From: a virus
Taxonomy: Duplodnaviria > Heunggongvirae > Uroviricota > Caudoviricetes
Direction: 5' to 3' (one strand)
Length of the DNA: 23,766 nt
IMG/VR virus record: IMGVR_UViG_2585427763_000009
Part shown: positions 9,001 through 16,299 of the stretch, piece after piece
How positions within the stretch are numbered: position 1 is the first letter of the stretch
Layout: each line of letters opens with the position of its first letter
The notes under the pieces: generated by a model
What the model saw: the letters and a program-made list of their open reading frames with translations, nothing else
Database searches by the model: none
Told to the model about the DNA's origin: nothing
Position numbers and translations under genes: made by a program

Positions 9001-9918
9001 ATGGATTATACGAGCTATATAATAGGACAGCTTCAGGTTGAGGATATTATTGATGCAATTAAAGGCGTTAATAATACTAATGTCATAAAAGATTATGTGC
9101 TGCCTGTAGTATTACCAATTATATCTTCTGTGCTGAGTTACTTTATTGCAACTAGGTTGTTTTATCGGCAGGAGGACCTTAAAGCACAAAGAAGAAAGGT
9201 AAGCGTTGTAAATAAATGTATTTATGACTACTTTTCTGCAATGACAACGTTGTTGCAAATTAAAGGGAATTATTATGGTGGGGTAAGTATAAGTGAAAAT
9301 CCTATCGAGAGGGCTTTAGCTTTTCCTGTTGTGGTTTTTTCTGGTGCTCCTCTATCATCAGATTTAAGTGAGTTGGCCTGTATATTGAGTCAAAAGGGAG
9401 TAGGGAATAATAGAGAGCCAGCAAAGACTACTAACTGGGGGGATGCTTTTGCTGTTAGTGATATAGCAAGAAGGTTTAACAGCCTATTGGCTGCATTAAA
9501 TGTTAGGAATGATTTTGATGACACCTATAGAGGAATGATTATTGAATCAACAGGTTCACCTTTGCCTACGATGCGTTTTAAAAATGATGATATTGTTAAT
9601 GCTATAGGTAGTAATAAGGCAGCTTATTACATTGATATTACTGAGCAAATAATGATTATGATAGATGTTTTGTTGCTTGATATTAATCTGTTGCTCAAAG
9701 AGTTGCCATTGTATGCTGAATCGCTGTTTGACAAAAGAGTAATGCAAGAAGATTCAGGGATTCTTAAATTCAATGATTTGCACGAACGTTTTCCTCTACT
9801 TATGAAACCTGTAACGCCACCTTCGATTAAACTCATGTCTGATTATTTGGGGTACAGTGAAGATGAGATCTTACGACGCTATCCATACCCGTTCTTTAAT
9901 ATGCATGATTGTGAATGA
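9001..9918 (+). CDS. Hypothetical membrane-anchored protein (305 aa), translationally coupled to the upstream lipoprotein gene
   Basis: ATG 2 nt after the lipoprotein stop (TGATAATG); one hydrophobic helix (~aa 32-54, VLPVVLPIISSVLSYFIATRLF); AT-rich; no motif I recognise. Confidence 0.55.
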   Translation: MDYTSYIIGQLQVEDIIDAIKGVNNTNVIKDYVLPVVLPIISSVLSYFIATRLFYRQEDLKAQRRKVSVVNKCIYDYFSAMTTLLQIKGNYYGGVSISENPIERALAFPVVVFSGAPLSSDLSELACILSQKGVGNNREPAKTTNWGDAFAVSDIARRFNSLLAALNVRNDFDDTYRGMIIESTGSPLPTMRFKNDDIVNAIGSNKAAYYIDITEQIMIMIDVLLLDINLLLKELPLYAESLFDKRVMQEDSGILKFNDLHERFPLLMKPVTPPSIKLMSDYLGYSEDEILRRYPYPFFNMHDCE

Positions 9919-10022
9919 ATGTGCATATGTCAGAAGCCGTTTTTATTGTCAGTTATCGTCAGTGCTGGCGCGCTCTTGGAGTGTTCATGCAACTGCATTA
10001 AAACCGCCCCACGAAGCGGGCG

Positions 10023-10041
10023 GGCGAGGCGGGGAAAGCAC
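10023..10041. other. Candidate cos cohesive-end site (GGCGAGGCGGGGAAAGCAC)
   Basis: 19-mer matching my memory of the P2 cohesive end, in a GC-rich segment just beyond the 3' end of Q where P2 cos lies; the exact P2 sequence is recalled, not verified. Confidence 0.5.
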
Positions 10042-10171
10042 TGCGCGCTGGCGGTGGTGATGATTGTCTGAGCGCGTCGTGATGGCGTTTAGATTGTGCG
10101 CCGGGGCGTTGGTGTGTCTGCGGGGTGTTTTGTACAGTGGCGAGCGTGTGAGGGCGTGATGACGGGGGTGT

Positions 10172-10193
10172 AAAAAAGCCGCCCGCAGGCGGC
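10172..10193 (-). terminator. Candidate terminator downstream of Q (reverse strand)
   Basis: Hairpin GCCGCC-CGCA-GGCGGC preceded on the + strand by AAAAAA (a T-run on the reverse strand), 6 nt past the Q stop. Confidence 0.4.
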
Positions 10194-10198
10194 GATGT

Positions 10199-11233
10199 TC
10201 AGCCGTTGTCAGTGTCCAGTGAGTAGTTTTTAAAGCGGATGACCTCCTGACCGAGCCAGCCGTTTATTTCCCGAATCCTGTCCTGTAACGGGATAAGTTC
10301 ATTGCGGACAAAGACCTTTGCCACTTTCTCAATATCGCCCAGCGACCCGACGTTTTCCGGCTTGCCACCCATCAACTGAAAGGGGATGCGGTGCGCGTCC
10401 AGCAGGTCAGCGGCGCTGGCTTTTTTGATATTAAAAAAATCGTCCTTCGTGGCCACTTCACTGAGCGGGATAATTTTAATGCCGTCGGCTTTTCCCTGTG
10501 GGGCATAGAGAAACAGGTTTTTAAAGTTATTGCGGCCTTTCGACTTCACCATGTTTTCGCGGAGCATTTCGATATCGTTGCGATCCTGCACGGCATCAGT
10601 GACGTACATGATGTATCCGGCATGTGCGCCGTTTTCGTAATACTTGCGGCGGAACAGCGTGGCCGACTCATTCAGCCAGGCAGAGTTAAGGGCGCTGAGA
10701 TATTCCGGCAGACCGTACAGCTCCTGATTAATATCCGGCTCCAGCAGGTGAAACACGGAGCCGGGCGCGAAAGGTGTCGGCTCGTTGAAGGACGGCACCC
10801 ACCAGTAAACATCCTCCTCCACGCCACGGCGGGTATATTTTGCCGGTGAGGTTTCCAGTCTGATGACCTTACCGGTGGTGCTGTAACGCTTTTCCAGAAA
10901 CGCATTACCGAATACCAGAAAATCCAGCACAAAGCGGCTGAAATCCTGCTGAGAAAGCCACGGGTGTGGGATAAACGTTGAGGCCAGAATGTTACGTTTG
11001 ACGTAAATCGGTGAGCTGTGATGCACGGCAGCACGCAGGCTTTTTGCCAGACCGGTAAAGCTGACTGGTGGCTCATACCATCTGCCGTTACTGATGCACT
11101 CGACGTAATCCAGAATGTCACGGCGGTCGAGTACCGGCACCGGCTCACCAAAGGTGAATGCCTCCATTTTCGGGGCGCTGGCGGTCATTTTTTTTGCCGC
11201 AGGTTGCGGTGTTTTCCCTTTTTTCTTGCTCAT
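10199..11233 (-). CDS. Q: Capsid portal protein gpQ (344 aa)
   Basis: 344-aa reverse-strand ORF; N-terminus MSKKKGKTPQPAAKKMTASAPKMEAFTFGEP matches remembered P2 gpQ; correct size and position next to cos. Confidence 0.88.
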   Translation of the reverse strand: MSKKKGKTPQPAAKKMTASAPKMEAFTFGEPVPVLDRRDILDYVECISNGRWYEPPVSFTGLAKSLRAAVHHSSPIYVKRNILASTFIPHPWLSQQDFSRFVLDFLVFGNAFLEKRYSTTGKVIRLETSPAKYTRRGVEEDVYWWVPSFNEPTPFAPGSVFHLLEPDINQELYGLPEYLSALNSAWLNESATLFRRKYYENGAHAGYIMYVTDAVQDRNDIEMLRENMVKSKGRNNFKNLFLYAPQGKADGIKIIPLSEVATKDDFFNIKKASAADLLDAHRIPFQLMGGKPENVGSLGDIEKVAKVFVRNELIPLQDRIREINGWLGQEVIRFKNYSLDTDNG

Positions 11234-12042
11234 CAGTAAAACTCCAGAATGGTGGATGTCAGCGGGGTGCTGATACCGGCGGTGAGTGGCTCATTTAACA
11301 GGGCGTGCATGGTCGCCCAGGCGAGGTCGGCGTGGCTGGCTTCCTCGCTACGGCTGGCCTCATAGGTGGCGCTGCGTCCGCTGCTGGTCATGGTCTTGCG
11401 GATAGCCATGAACGAGCTGGTGATGTCGGTGGCGCTGCGTCCGCTGCTGGTCATGGTCTTGCGGATAGCCATGAACGAGCTGGTGATGTCGGTGGCGCTG
11501 CGTCCGCTGCTGGTCATGGTCTTGCGGATAGCCATGAACGAGCTGGTGATGTCGGTGGCGCTGCGTCCGCTGCTGGTCATGGTCTTGCGGATAGCCATGA
11601 ACGAGCTGGTGATGTCGGTGGCGCTGCGTCCGCTGCTGGTCATGGTCTTGCGGATAGCCATGAACGAGCTGGTGATGTCGGTGGCGCTGCGTCCGCTGCT
11701 GGTCATGGTCTTGCGGATAGCCATGAACGAGCTGGTGATGTCGGTGGCGCTGACGTCATATTCCAGACAGCCACGGCGGATGACGTCTTTTGCCTTGAGC
11801 ACCATTGCGGTTTTCATTTCCGGCGTGTAGCGGATATCGCGTGCGGCGGGATAGAACGAGCGCACGAGCTGGAACACGCCGACACCGAGGCCGGTGGCAT
11901 CAATTCCGATGTATTCGACGTTGTATTTTTCGGTGAGTTTGCGGATGGATTCCGCCTGAGTGGCAAAGTCCATGCCTTTCCACTGGTGACGCTCAAGTAT
12001 TCTGAATTTACCTCCGGCCACCACCGGCGGTGCCAGCACCAC
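11233..12042 (-). pseudogene. P: 3' remnant of terminase ATPase/nuclease subunit gene P: 5'-truncated, carrying an expanded in-frame tandem repeat
   Basis: Reverse-strand frame ends 1 nt into the Q start (P2 P-Q arrangement) and contains a terminase nuclease-like motif (YIGIDATGLGVGV), but only ~270 codons remain versus ~590 in P2 gpP; the upstream partner on the + strand is lysozyme K, not O/N/M. Confidence 0.7.
11371..11748. repeat. Perfect tandem repeat, 6 copies of a 63-bp unit (in frame; encodes SATDITSSFMAIRKTMTSSGR x6 on the reverse strand)
   Basis: Unit GCTGCGTCCGCTGCTGGTCATGGTCTTGCGGATAGCCATGAACGAGCTGGTGATGTCGGTGGC starts at 11371, 11434, 11497, 11560, 11623 and 11686 with no mismatches; phase is ambiguous by about 6 nt because the flanks share GGTGGC / GCTG. 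Confidence 0.9.
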
Positions 12043-12058
12043 GCATCCGGCGCTGGCC

Positions 12059-12502
12059 GTGTCCGAAGGGACGGCGAATCATCCGCTGACGAAAAACCGG
12101 GGCTATGACGTGATAGTCACCGGACTGGACGGAAAGCCGGAAATTTTCACCGACTACAGTGACCACCCGTTCGCACATGGTCGACCGGCGAAGGTGTTTA
12201 ACCGTCGCGGTGAAAAATCCACGGCCTCCGGTCGCTATCAGCAGCTTTACCTGTTCTGGCCGCATTACCGCAAACAGCTTGCCCTGCCGGATTTCAGTCC
12301 GTTGTCACAGGACAGGCTCGCCATTCAGTTGATCCGCGAACGCGGTGCACTGGATGACATCCGGGCGGGACGCATTGAGCGCGCCATTTCACGCTGTCGC
12401 AATATCTGGGCGTCCCTGCCGGGTGCCGGTTACGGTCAGCGTGAGCATCCACTGGAAAAACTGGTCACCGTCTGGCGTACCGCCGGCGGCGTACCGGCTT
12501 AA
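12059..12502 (+). pseudogene. K: Endolysin (lysozyme) gpK lacking its first ~18 codons; a GTG at 12059 could still start a 147-aa product
   Basis: Translation SEGTANHPLTKNRGYDVIVTGLDGKPEIFTDYSDHPFAHGRPAKVFNRRGEKSTASGRYQQLYLFWPHYRK matches remembered P2 gpK from about residue 19 to the end; no in-frame ATG upstream; holin gene Y is absent. Confidence 0.7.
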
Positions 12503-12516
12503 ACGGAGTAAACACC

Positions 12517-12942
12517 ATGAAGAAATTATCCCTTTCACTGATGCTGAATGTGCCGCTGGCGCTGATGCTGGCACTGTCCCTGATTTACCCGCAGAGCGTG
12601 GCCGTCAGTTTTGTCGCCGCCTGGGCGATTCTGGCGACGGTTATCTGTGTGGTTGCCGGTGGTGTCGGCGTGTATGCCACTGAGTATGTGCTGGAACGCT
12701 ACGGGCGGGAGCTGCCGCCGGAATCGCTGGCCGTGAAGATTGTCACGTCGCTGTTTTTGCAGCCGGTGCCGTGGCGCAGACGGGCAGTAGCTCTGGTGGT
12801 GATGGTGGCGACGTTTATCTCGCTGGTCGCTGCCGGGTGGATTTTTACCGCGCTGATTTATCTTGTGGCGTCGCTGTTTTTCCGGCTGATACGTAAAGCC
12901 TGCCGTCAGCGTTTTGAGGGGCGGGAACCATGTCAAAGCTGA
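12517..12942 (+). CDS. lysA: Lysis regulatory membrane protein LysA (141 aa)
   Basis: 141-aa multi-pass hydrophobic protein directly after K, GGAG Shine-Dalgarno; same size and position as P2 lysA. Confidence 0.78.
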   Translation: MKKLSLSLMLNVPLALMLALSLIYPQSVAVSFVAAWAILATVICVVAGGVGVYATEYVLERYGRELPPESLAVKIVTSLFLQPVPWRRRAVALVVMVATFISLVAAGWIFTALIYLVASLFFRLIRKACRQRFEGREPCQS

Positions 12943-13355
12943 TGATTGTGCTGGTTGTGCTGTTATCGCTGGCGGTGGCGGGGCTGTTTCTGGTGAAGCA
13001 TGAAAACGCCAGCCTGCGCGCCTCGCTGGACAGGGCGAACAACGTCGCCAGTGAACAGCAGACGACCATCACCATGCTGCAAAATCAGCTTCATGTTGCC
13101 ATCACCAGGGCAGACAAAAACGAGCTGGCGCAGGTGGCACTGCGTCAGGAACTGGAGAACGCCGCGAAGCGTGAAGCACAGCGCGAGAAAACCATCACGA
13201 GGTTACTTAATGAAAACGAAGATTTTCGCCGCTGGTATGGCGCTGACCTGCCTGATGCTGTGCGCCGGTTGCACCAGCGCCCCGCCTGCACCGACGCCAG
13301 TGATTGTCGCCAACGCCTGCCCGAAAGTGAGCCTTTGCCCGATGCCGGGCAGTGA
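12930..13355 (+). CDS. lysB: Inner-membrane spanin LysB (Rz-like, 141 aa)
   Basis: N-terminal membrane anchor then coiled-coil-like sequence; same size and position as P2 lysB; the lysC frame is embedded in it. Confidence 0.78.
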   Translation: MSKLMIVLVVLLSLAVAGLFLVKHENASLRASLDRANNVASEQQTTITMLQNQLHVAITRADKNELAQVALRQELENAAKREAQREKTITRLLNENEDFRRWYGADLPDAVRRLHQRPACTDASDCRQRLPESEPLPDAGQ

Positions 13356-13500
13356 CCCGGAGACGAACGGCGATTTAAGTGCCGATATCCGGCAGCTTGA
13401 GAACGCGCTGGCACGTTGTGCCAGCCAGGTAAAAATGATTAAACACTGTCAGGACGAAAACGATGCTCAAACCCGACAGCCTGCGCAGGGCGCTGACTGA
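13210..13500 (+). CDS. lysC: Outer-membrane lipoprotein spanin LysC (Rz1-like, 96 aa), embedded in the +1 frame of lysB
   Basis: ATG at 13210; lipoprotein signal MKTKIFAAGMALTCLMLCAGC (lipobox LCAGC); proline-rich mature region; embedded spanin arrangement as in P2. Confidence 0.7.
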   Translation: MKTKIFAAGMALTCLMLCAGCTSAPPAPTPVIVANACPKVSLCPMPGSDPETNGDLSADIRQLENALARCASQVKMIKHCQDENDAQTRQPAQGAD

Positions 13501-13930
13501 TGCCGTCACGGTGCTGAAAACTAACCCCGATATGCTGCGGATATTCGTGGATAACGGGAGTATTGCCTCCACACTGGCGGCGTCGTTGTCATTCGAAAAG
13601 CGTTACACGCTCAATGTCATTGTGACCGACTTTACCGGTGATTTTGACCTGCTCATCGTGCCGGTGCTGGCGTGGCTGCGGGAAAATCAGCCCGACATCA
13701 TGACCACCGACGAAGGCCAGAAAAAGGGCTTCACGTTTTATGCAGACATCAACAATGACAGCAGCTTTGATATCAGTATCAGCCTGATGCTGACCGAGCG
13801 CACGCTGGTCAGTGAGGTTGACGGTGCGCTGCATGTGAAGAATATCCCGGAACCTCCGCCGCCGGAGCCAGTCAATCGCCCGATGGAGCTTTATATCAAT
13901 GGTGAACTGGTGAGCAAGTGGGATGAATGA
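13463..13930 (+). CDS. R: Tail completion protein gpR (155 aa)
   Basis: 155 aa, same size and order as P2 gpR. Confidence 0.82.
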   Translation: MLKPDSLRRALTDAVTVLKTNPDMLRIFVDNGSIASTLAASLSFEKRYTLNVIVTDFTGDFDLLIVPVLAWLRENQPDIMTTDEGQKKGFTFYADINNDSSFDISISLMLTERTLVSEVDGALHVKNIPEPPPPEPVNRPMELYINGELVSKWDE

Positions 13931-14375
13931 GTTTAAGCGTTTTGAAGACCGACTGACCGGACTGATTGAATCGCTGTCACCGTCTGGGCGTCGGCGACTG
14001 AGTGCAGAACTGGCGAAACGTCTGCGGCAGAGTCAGCAGCGTCGGGTGATGGCACAGAAAGCTCCGGACGGCACACCCTACGCACCACGCCAGCAGCAGA
14101 GCGCCAGAAAAAAGACCGGTCGCGTTAAGCGAAAAATGTTTGCGAAACTTATCACCAGTCGTTTTTTGCATATCCGCGCCAGCCCTGAACAGGCATCAAT
14201 GGAGTTTTACGGCGGGAAGGCACCGAAAATCGCCAGTGTGCATCAGTTCGGTCTGTCGGAAGAAACCCGGAAAGACGGTAAGAAAATTGATTATCCGGCG
14301 CGTCCTCTGCTCGGCTTTACCGGTGAGGATGTGCAGATGATTGAAGAGATTATCCTGGCTCACCTTGAGCGTTAG
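13923..14375 (+). CDS. S: Tail completion protein gpS (150 aa)
   Basis: 150 aa, same size and order as P2 gpS; start overlaps the R stop. Confidence 0.82.
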   Translation: MNEFKRFEDRLTGLIESLSPSGRRRLSAELAKRLRQSQQRRVMAQKAPDGTPYAPRQQQSARKKTGRVKRKMFAKLITSRFLHIRASPEQASMEFYGGKAPKIASVHQFGLSEETRKDGKKIDYPARPLLGFTGEDVQMIEEIILAHLER

Positions 14376-14406
14376 TTTTATCCAGACAGAGGCTGATGCG
14401 CAATTA

Positions 14407-14439
14407 AACATTGAGCGGCCATGCTGGTCGCTCAATGTT
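14407..14439. terminator. Hairpin between convergent genes (S on +, cargo gene on -); candidate bidirectional terminator
   Basis: Perfect 11-bp inverted repeat AACATTGAGCG / CGCTCAATGTT around an 11-nt loop, in the 71-bp gap between two convergent stop codons; flanking T/A runs are weak. Confidence 0.4.
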
Positions 14440-14446
14440 TAGAGGT

Positions 14447-15232
14447 TTATGAGTGATTTTTATTTGATGCTTTGTATTCTAAAACCTTCTTATTGGCGTA
14501 AAAGAATTTTGTATATGACAGGAATATAACCAGACCTGAAGTGAAATAGACGAGGGATAGTATTAATAATGCTTTTTTGCGACTGTTATTATCTTTAATC
14601 TCCAGGCTTAACCATTCGGAGTCCTCCTCGTTTAGCTGTAAGAGCTTATTGCAGGCGATTTCAGGAAGTGTGTCTTTTATAAATACGTTTTGCAGTCTCT
14701 TGCAATCGGCAAGGCTATAAGTTTTATTAAATTCAACTGCTTTATTTTTGAAGGATAAAAGAACTTTGTCACTATAAACATAGTACATCATGTTTTTATA
14801 TGGTATGCCTATGGCATCCCTTACTATAACGGATTGTTCGTTGTGTATGTAACATGCGAGGAGAATGTAAAAAATACTGGCCAGAATTACAATTATTGTT
14901 TTAATTATGTGTGGTGGTTTTGTTATGTCACCCCAGATGCGAGTAAGGAAAAAATACGATGTTTTTAGTTTTCCATCAATCAGTCCCTGCTGTATCATTC
15001 TCACATTTTCAATGCCTGATACATTGATTCCGTTAATTATTTTAAATAGTTGAATGTCGCGCCACTCGCGGTCAAGTCTTTTTAATTTTTTGTCTGAATA
15101 TCCAAAATTGAAATAATGTGCAATAAGCCTCATAAGGTTACTTTTACCAAAGCTAAAAAATGCTAATACTGCAAAGCTACAAAGGAAAAAAACGATTAGC
15201 CCCCACACATTAGTCACATTATAGCTGACCAT
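14447..15232 (-). CDS. Hypothetical membrane protein (261 aa, about 3 transmembrane helices), moron in the S/V slot
   Basis: Strongly AT-rich reverse-strand ORF between S and V where P2 carries the non-essential orf30; hydrophobic helices at the N-terminus, middle (IIKTIIVILASIFYILLACYI) and C-terminus (ALLILSLVYFTSGLVIFL). Confidence 0.6.
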   Translation of the reverse strand: MVSYNVTNVWGLIVFFLCSFAVLAFFSFGKSNLMRLIAHYFNFGYSDKKLKRLDREWRDIQLFKIINGINVSGIENVRMIQQGLIDGKLKTSYFFLTRIWGDITKPPHIIKTIIVILASIFYILLACYIHNEQSVIVRDAIGIPYKNMMYYVYSDKVLLSFKNKAVEFNKTYSLADCKRLQNVFIKDTLPEIACNKLLQLNEEDSEWLSLEIKDNNSRKKALLILSLVYFTSGLVIFLSYTKFFYANKKVLEYKASNKNHS

Positions 15233-15315
15233 TACGCTCTCCTTGAATGTTGTCTGGTAGTTCTACAAATGAATCCAGATAGCATAACTTTTATATATTG
15301 TGCAATCTCACATGC

Positions 15316-15951
15316 ATGAACACTCTCGCAAATATTCAGGAACTCGCGCGCGCACTGCGCAACATGATTCGCACCGGCATTATCGTCGAAACCGACCTTA
15401 ACGCCGGTCGCTGCCGCGTGCAGACCGGCGGCATGTGCACCGACTGGCTTCAGTGGCTGACCCATCGCGCCGGTCGTTCGCGCACATGGTGGGCACCTTC
15501 CGTGGGGGAACAGGTGCTGATTCTGTCCGTGGGCGGTGAACTCGACACGGCGTTTGTTCTGCCGGGGATTTATTCCGGCGATAATCCCGCGCCGTCTGCG
15601 TCGGCGGATGCCCTGCATATCCGTTTCCCTGACGGGGCGGTGATTGAGTATGAACCCGAAACCAGTGCGCTCACGGTAAGCGGAATTAAAACGGCCAGCG
15701 TGACGGCTTCCGGTTCTGTTACTGCCACTGTGCCGGTGGTCATGGTGAAAGCGTCAACCCGCATCACCCTGGACACACCGGAGGTGGTCTGCACCAACAG
15801 GCTGATTACCGGCACGCTGGAAGTGCAGAAGGGCGGGACGATGCGCGGCAACATTGAACACACCGGCGGTGAACTCTCATCAAACGGTAAGGTACTGCAT
15901 ACCCATAAACACCCCGGCGACAGCGGCGGCACAACCGGGAGTCCTCTATGA
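15316..15951 (+). CDS. V: Baseplate spike/assembly protein gpV (211 aa from ATG 15316)
   Basis: Matches P2 gpV size and order; start set at MNTLANIQ; stop overlaps the W start. Confidence 0.85.
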   Translation: MNTLANIQELARALRNMIRTGIIVETDLNAGRCRVQTGGMCTDWLQWLTHRAGRSRTWWAPSVGEQVLILSVGGELDTAFVLPGIYSGDNPAPSASADALHIRFPDGAVIEYEPETSALTVSGIKTASVTASGSVTATVPVVMVKASTRITLDTPEVVCTNRLITGTLEVQKGGTMRGNIEHTGGELSSNGKVLHTHKHPGDSGGTTGSPL

Positions 15952-16295
15952 CAGCGCGTTATCTCGGAATGAATCGCAGTGATGGCCTGACGGTCACTGA
16001 CCTTGAGCATATCAGCCAGAGTATCGGCGATATCCTGCGCACACCGGTCGGCTCACGGGTGATGCGCCGTGATTACGGCTCGTTGCTGGCGTCAATGATT
16101 GACCAGCCGCAGACCCCGGCGCTTGAGTTGCAGATTAAGGTCGCCTGTTACATGGCGGTGCTGAAATGGGAACCCCGCGTCACCCTGTCATCCGTCACCA
16201 CGGCGCGCAGTTTTGACGGGCGAATGACGGTCACGTTAACCGGTCAGCACAACGACACCGGTCAGCCACTTTCGTTAACCATCCCTGTGAGTTGA
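15948..16295 (+). CDS. W: Baseplate wedge protein gpW (115 aa)
   Basis: 115 aa, same size and order as P2 gpW. Confidence 0.85.
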   Translation: MTARYLGMNRSDGLTVTDLEHISQSIGDILRTPVGSRVMRRDYGSLLASMIDQPQTPALELQIKVACYMAVLKWEPRVTLSSVTTARSFDGRMTVTLTGQHNDTGQPLSLTIPVS

Positions 16296-16299
16296 AACC

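Noticed and set aside
9857-10060. Forward 67-aa ORF spanning the cos region
   Set aside because: Overlaps the end of the 305-aa gene and runs through the GC-rich cos segment; no ribosome-binding site; likely spurious.
10391-11151. Forward 152-aa and reverse 159-aa ORFs inside Q
   Set aside because: Overlap the well-supported portal gene Q in other frames; no independent support.
11371-11748. Possible CRISPR array because of regularly spaced identical repeats
   Set aside because: The copies are contiguous 63-bp units with no unique spacers between them and sit in frame inside a coding remnant; this is a tandem duplication, not a repeat-spacer array. No cas genes in the window.
11305-12108. 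Forward-strand ORFs of 267 aa and 154 aa (11366-11830) with striking repeated peptides
   Set aside because: They are alternate-frame or opposite-strand readings of the 63-bp tandem repeat inside the terminase remnant; the repeat keeps any frame open. No start context, and the reverse-strand frame is the one with terminase-like sequence.
15233-15315. Looked for an Ogr-type TGT-N12-ACA late-promoter site upstream of V
   Set aside because: Found only TGT/ACA pairs with 11- or 14-nt spacing (TGTTGTCTGGTAGTTCTACA); not a clean match, so no promoter was called.
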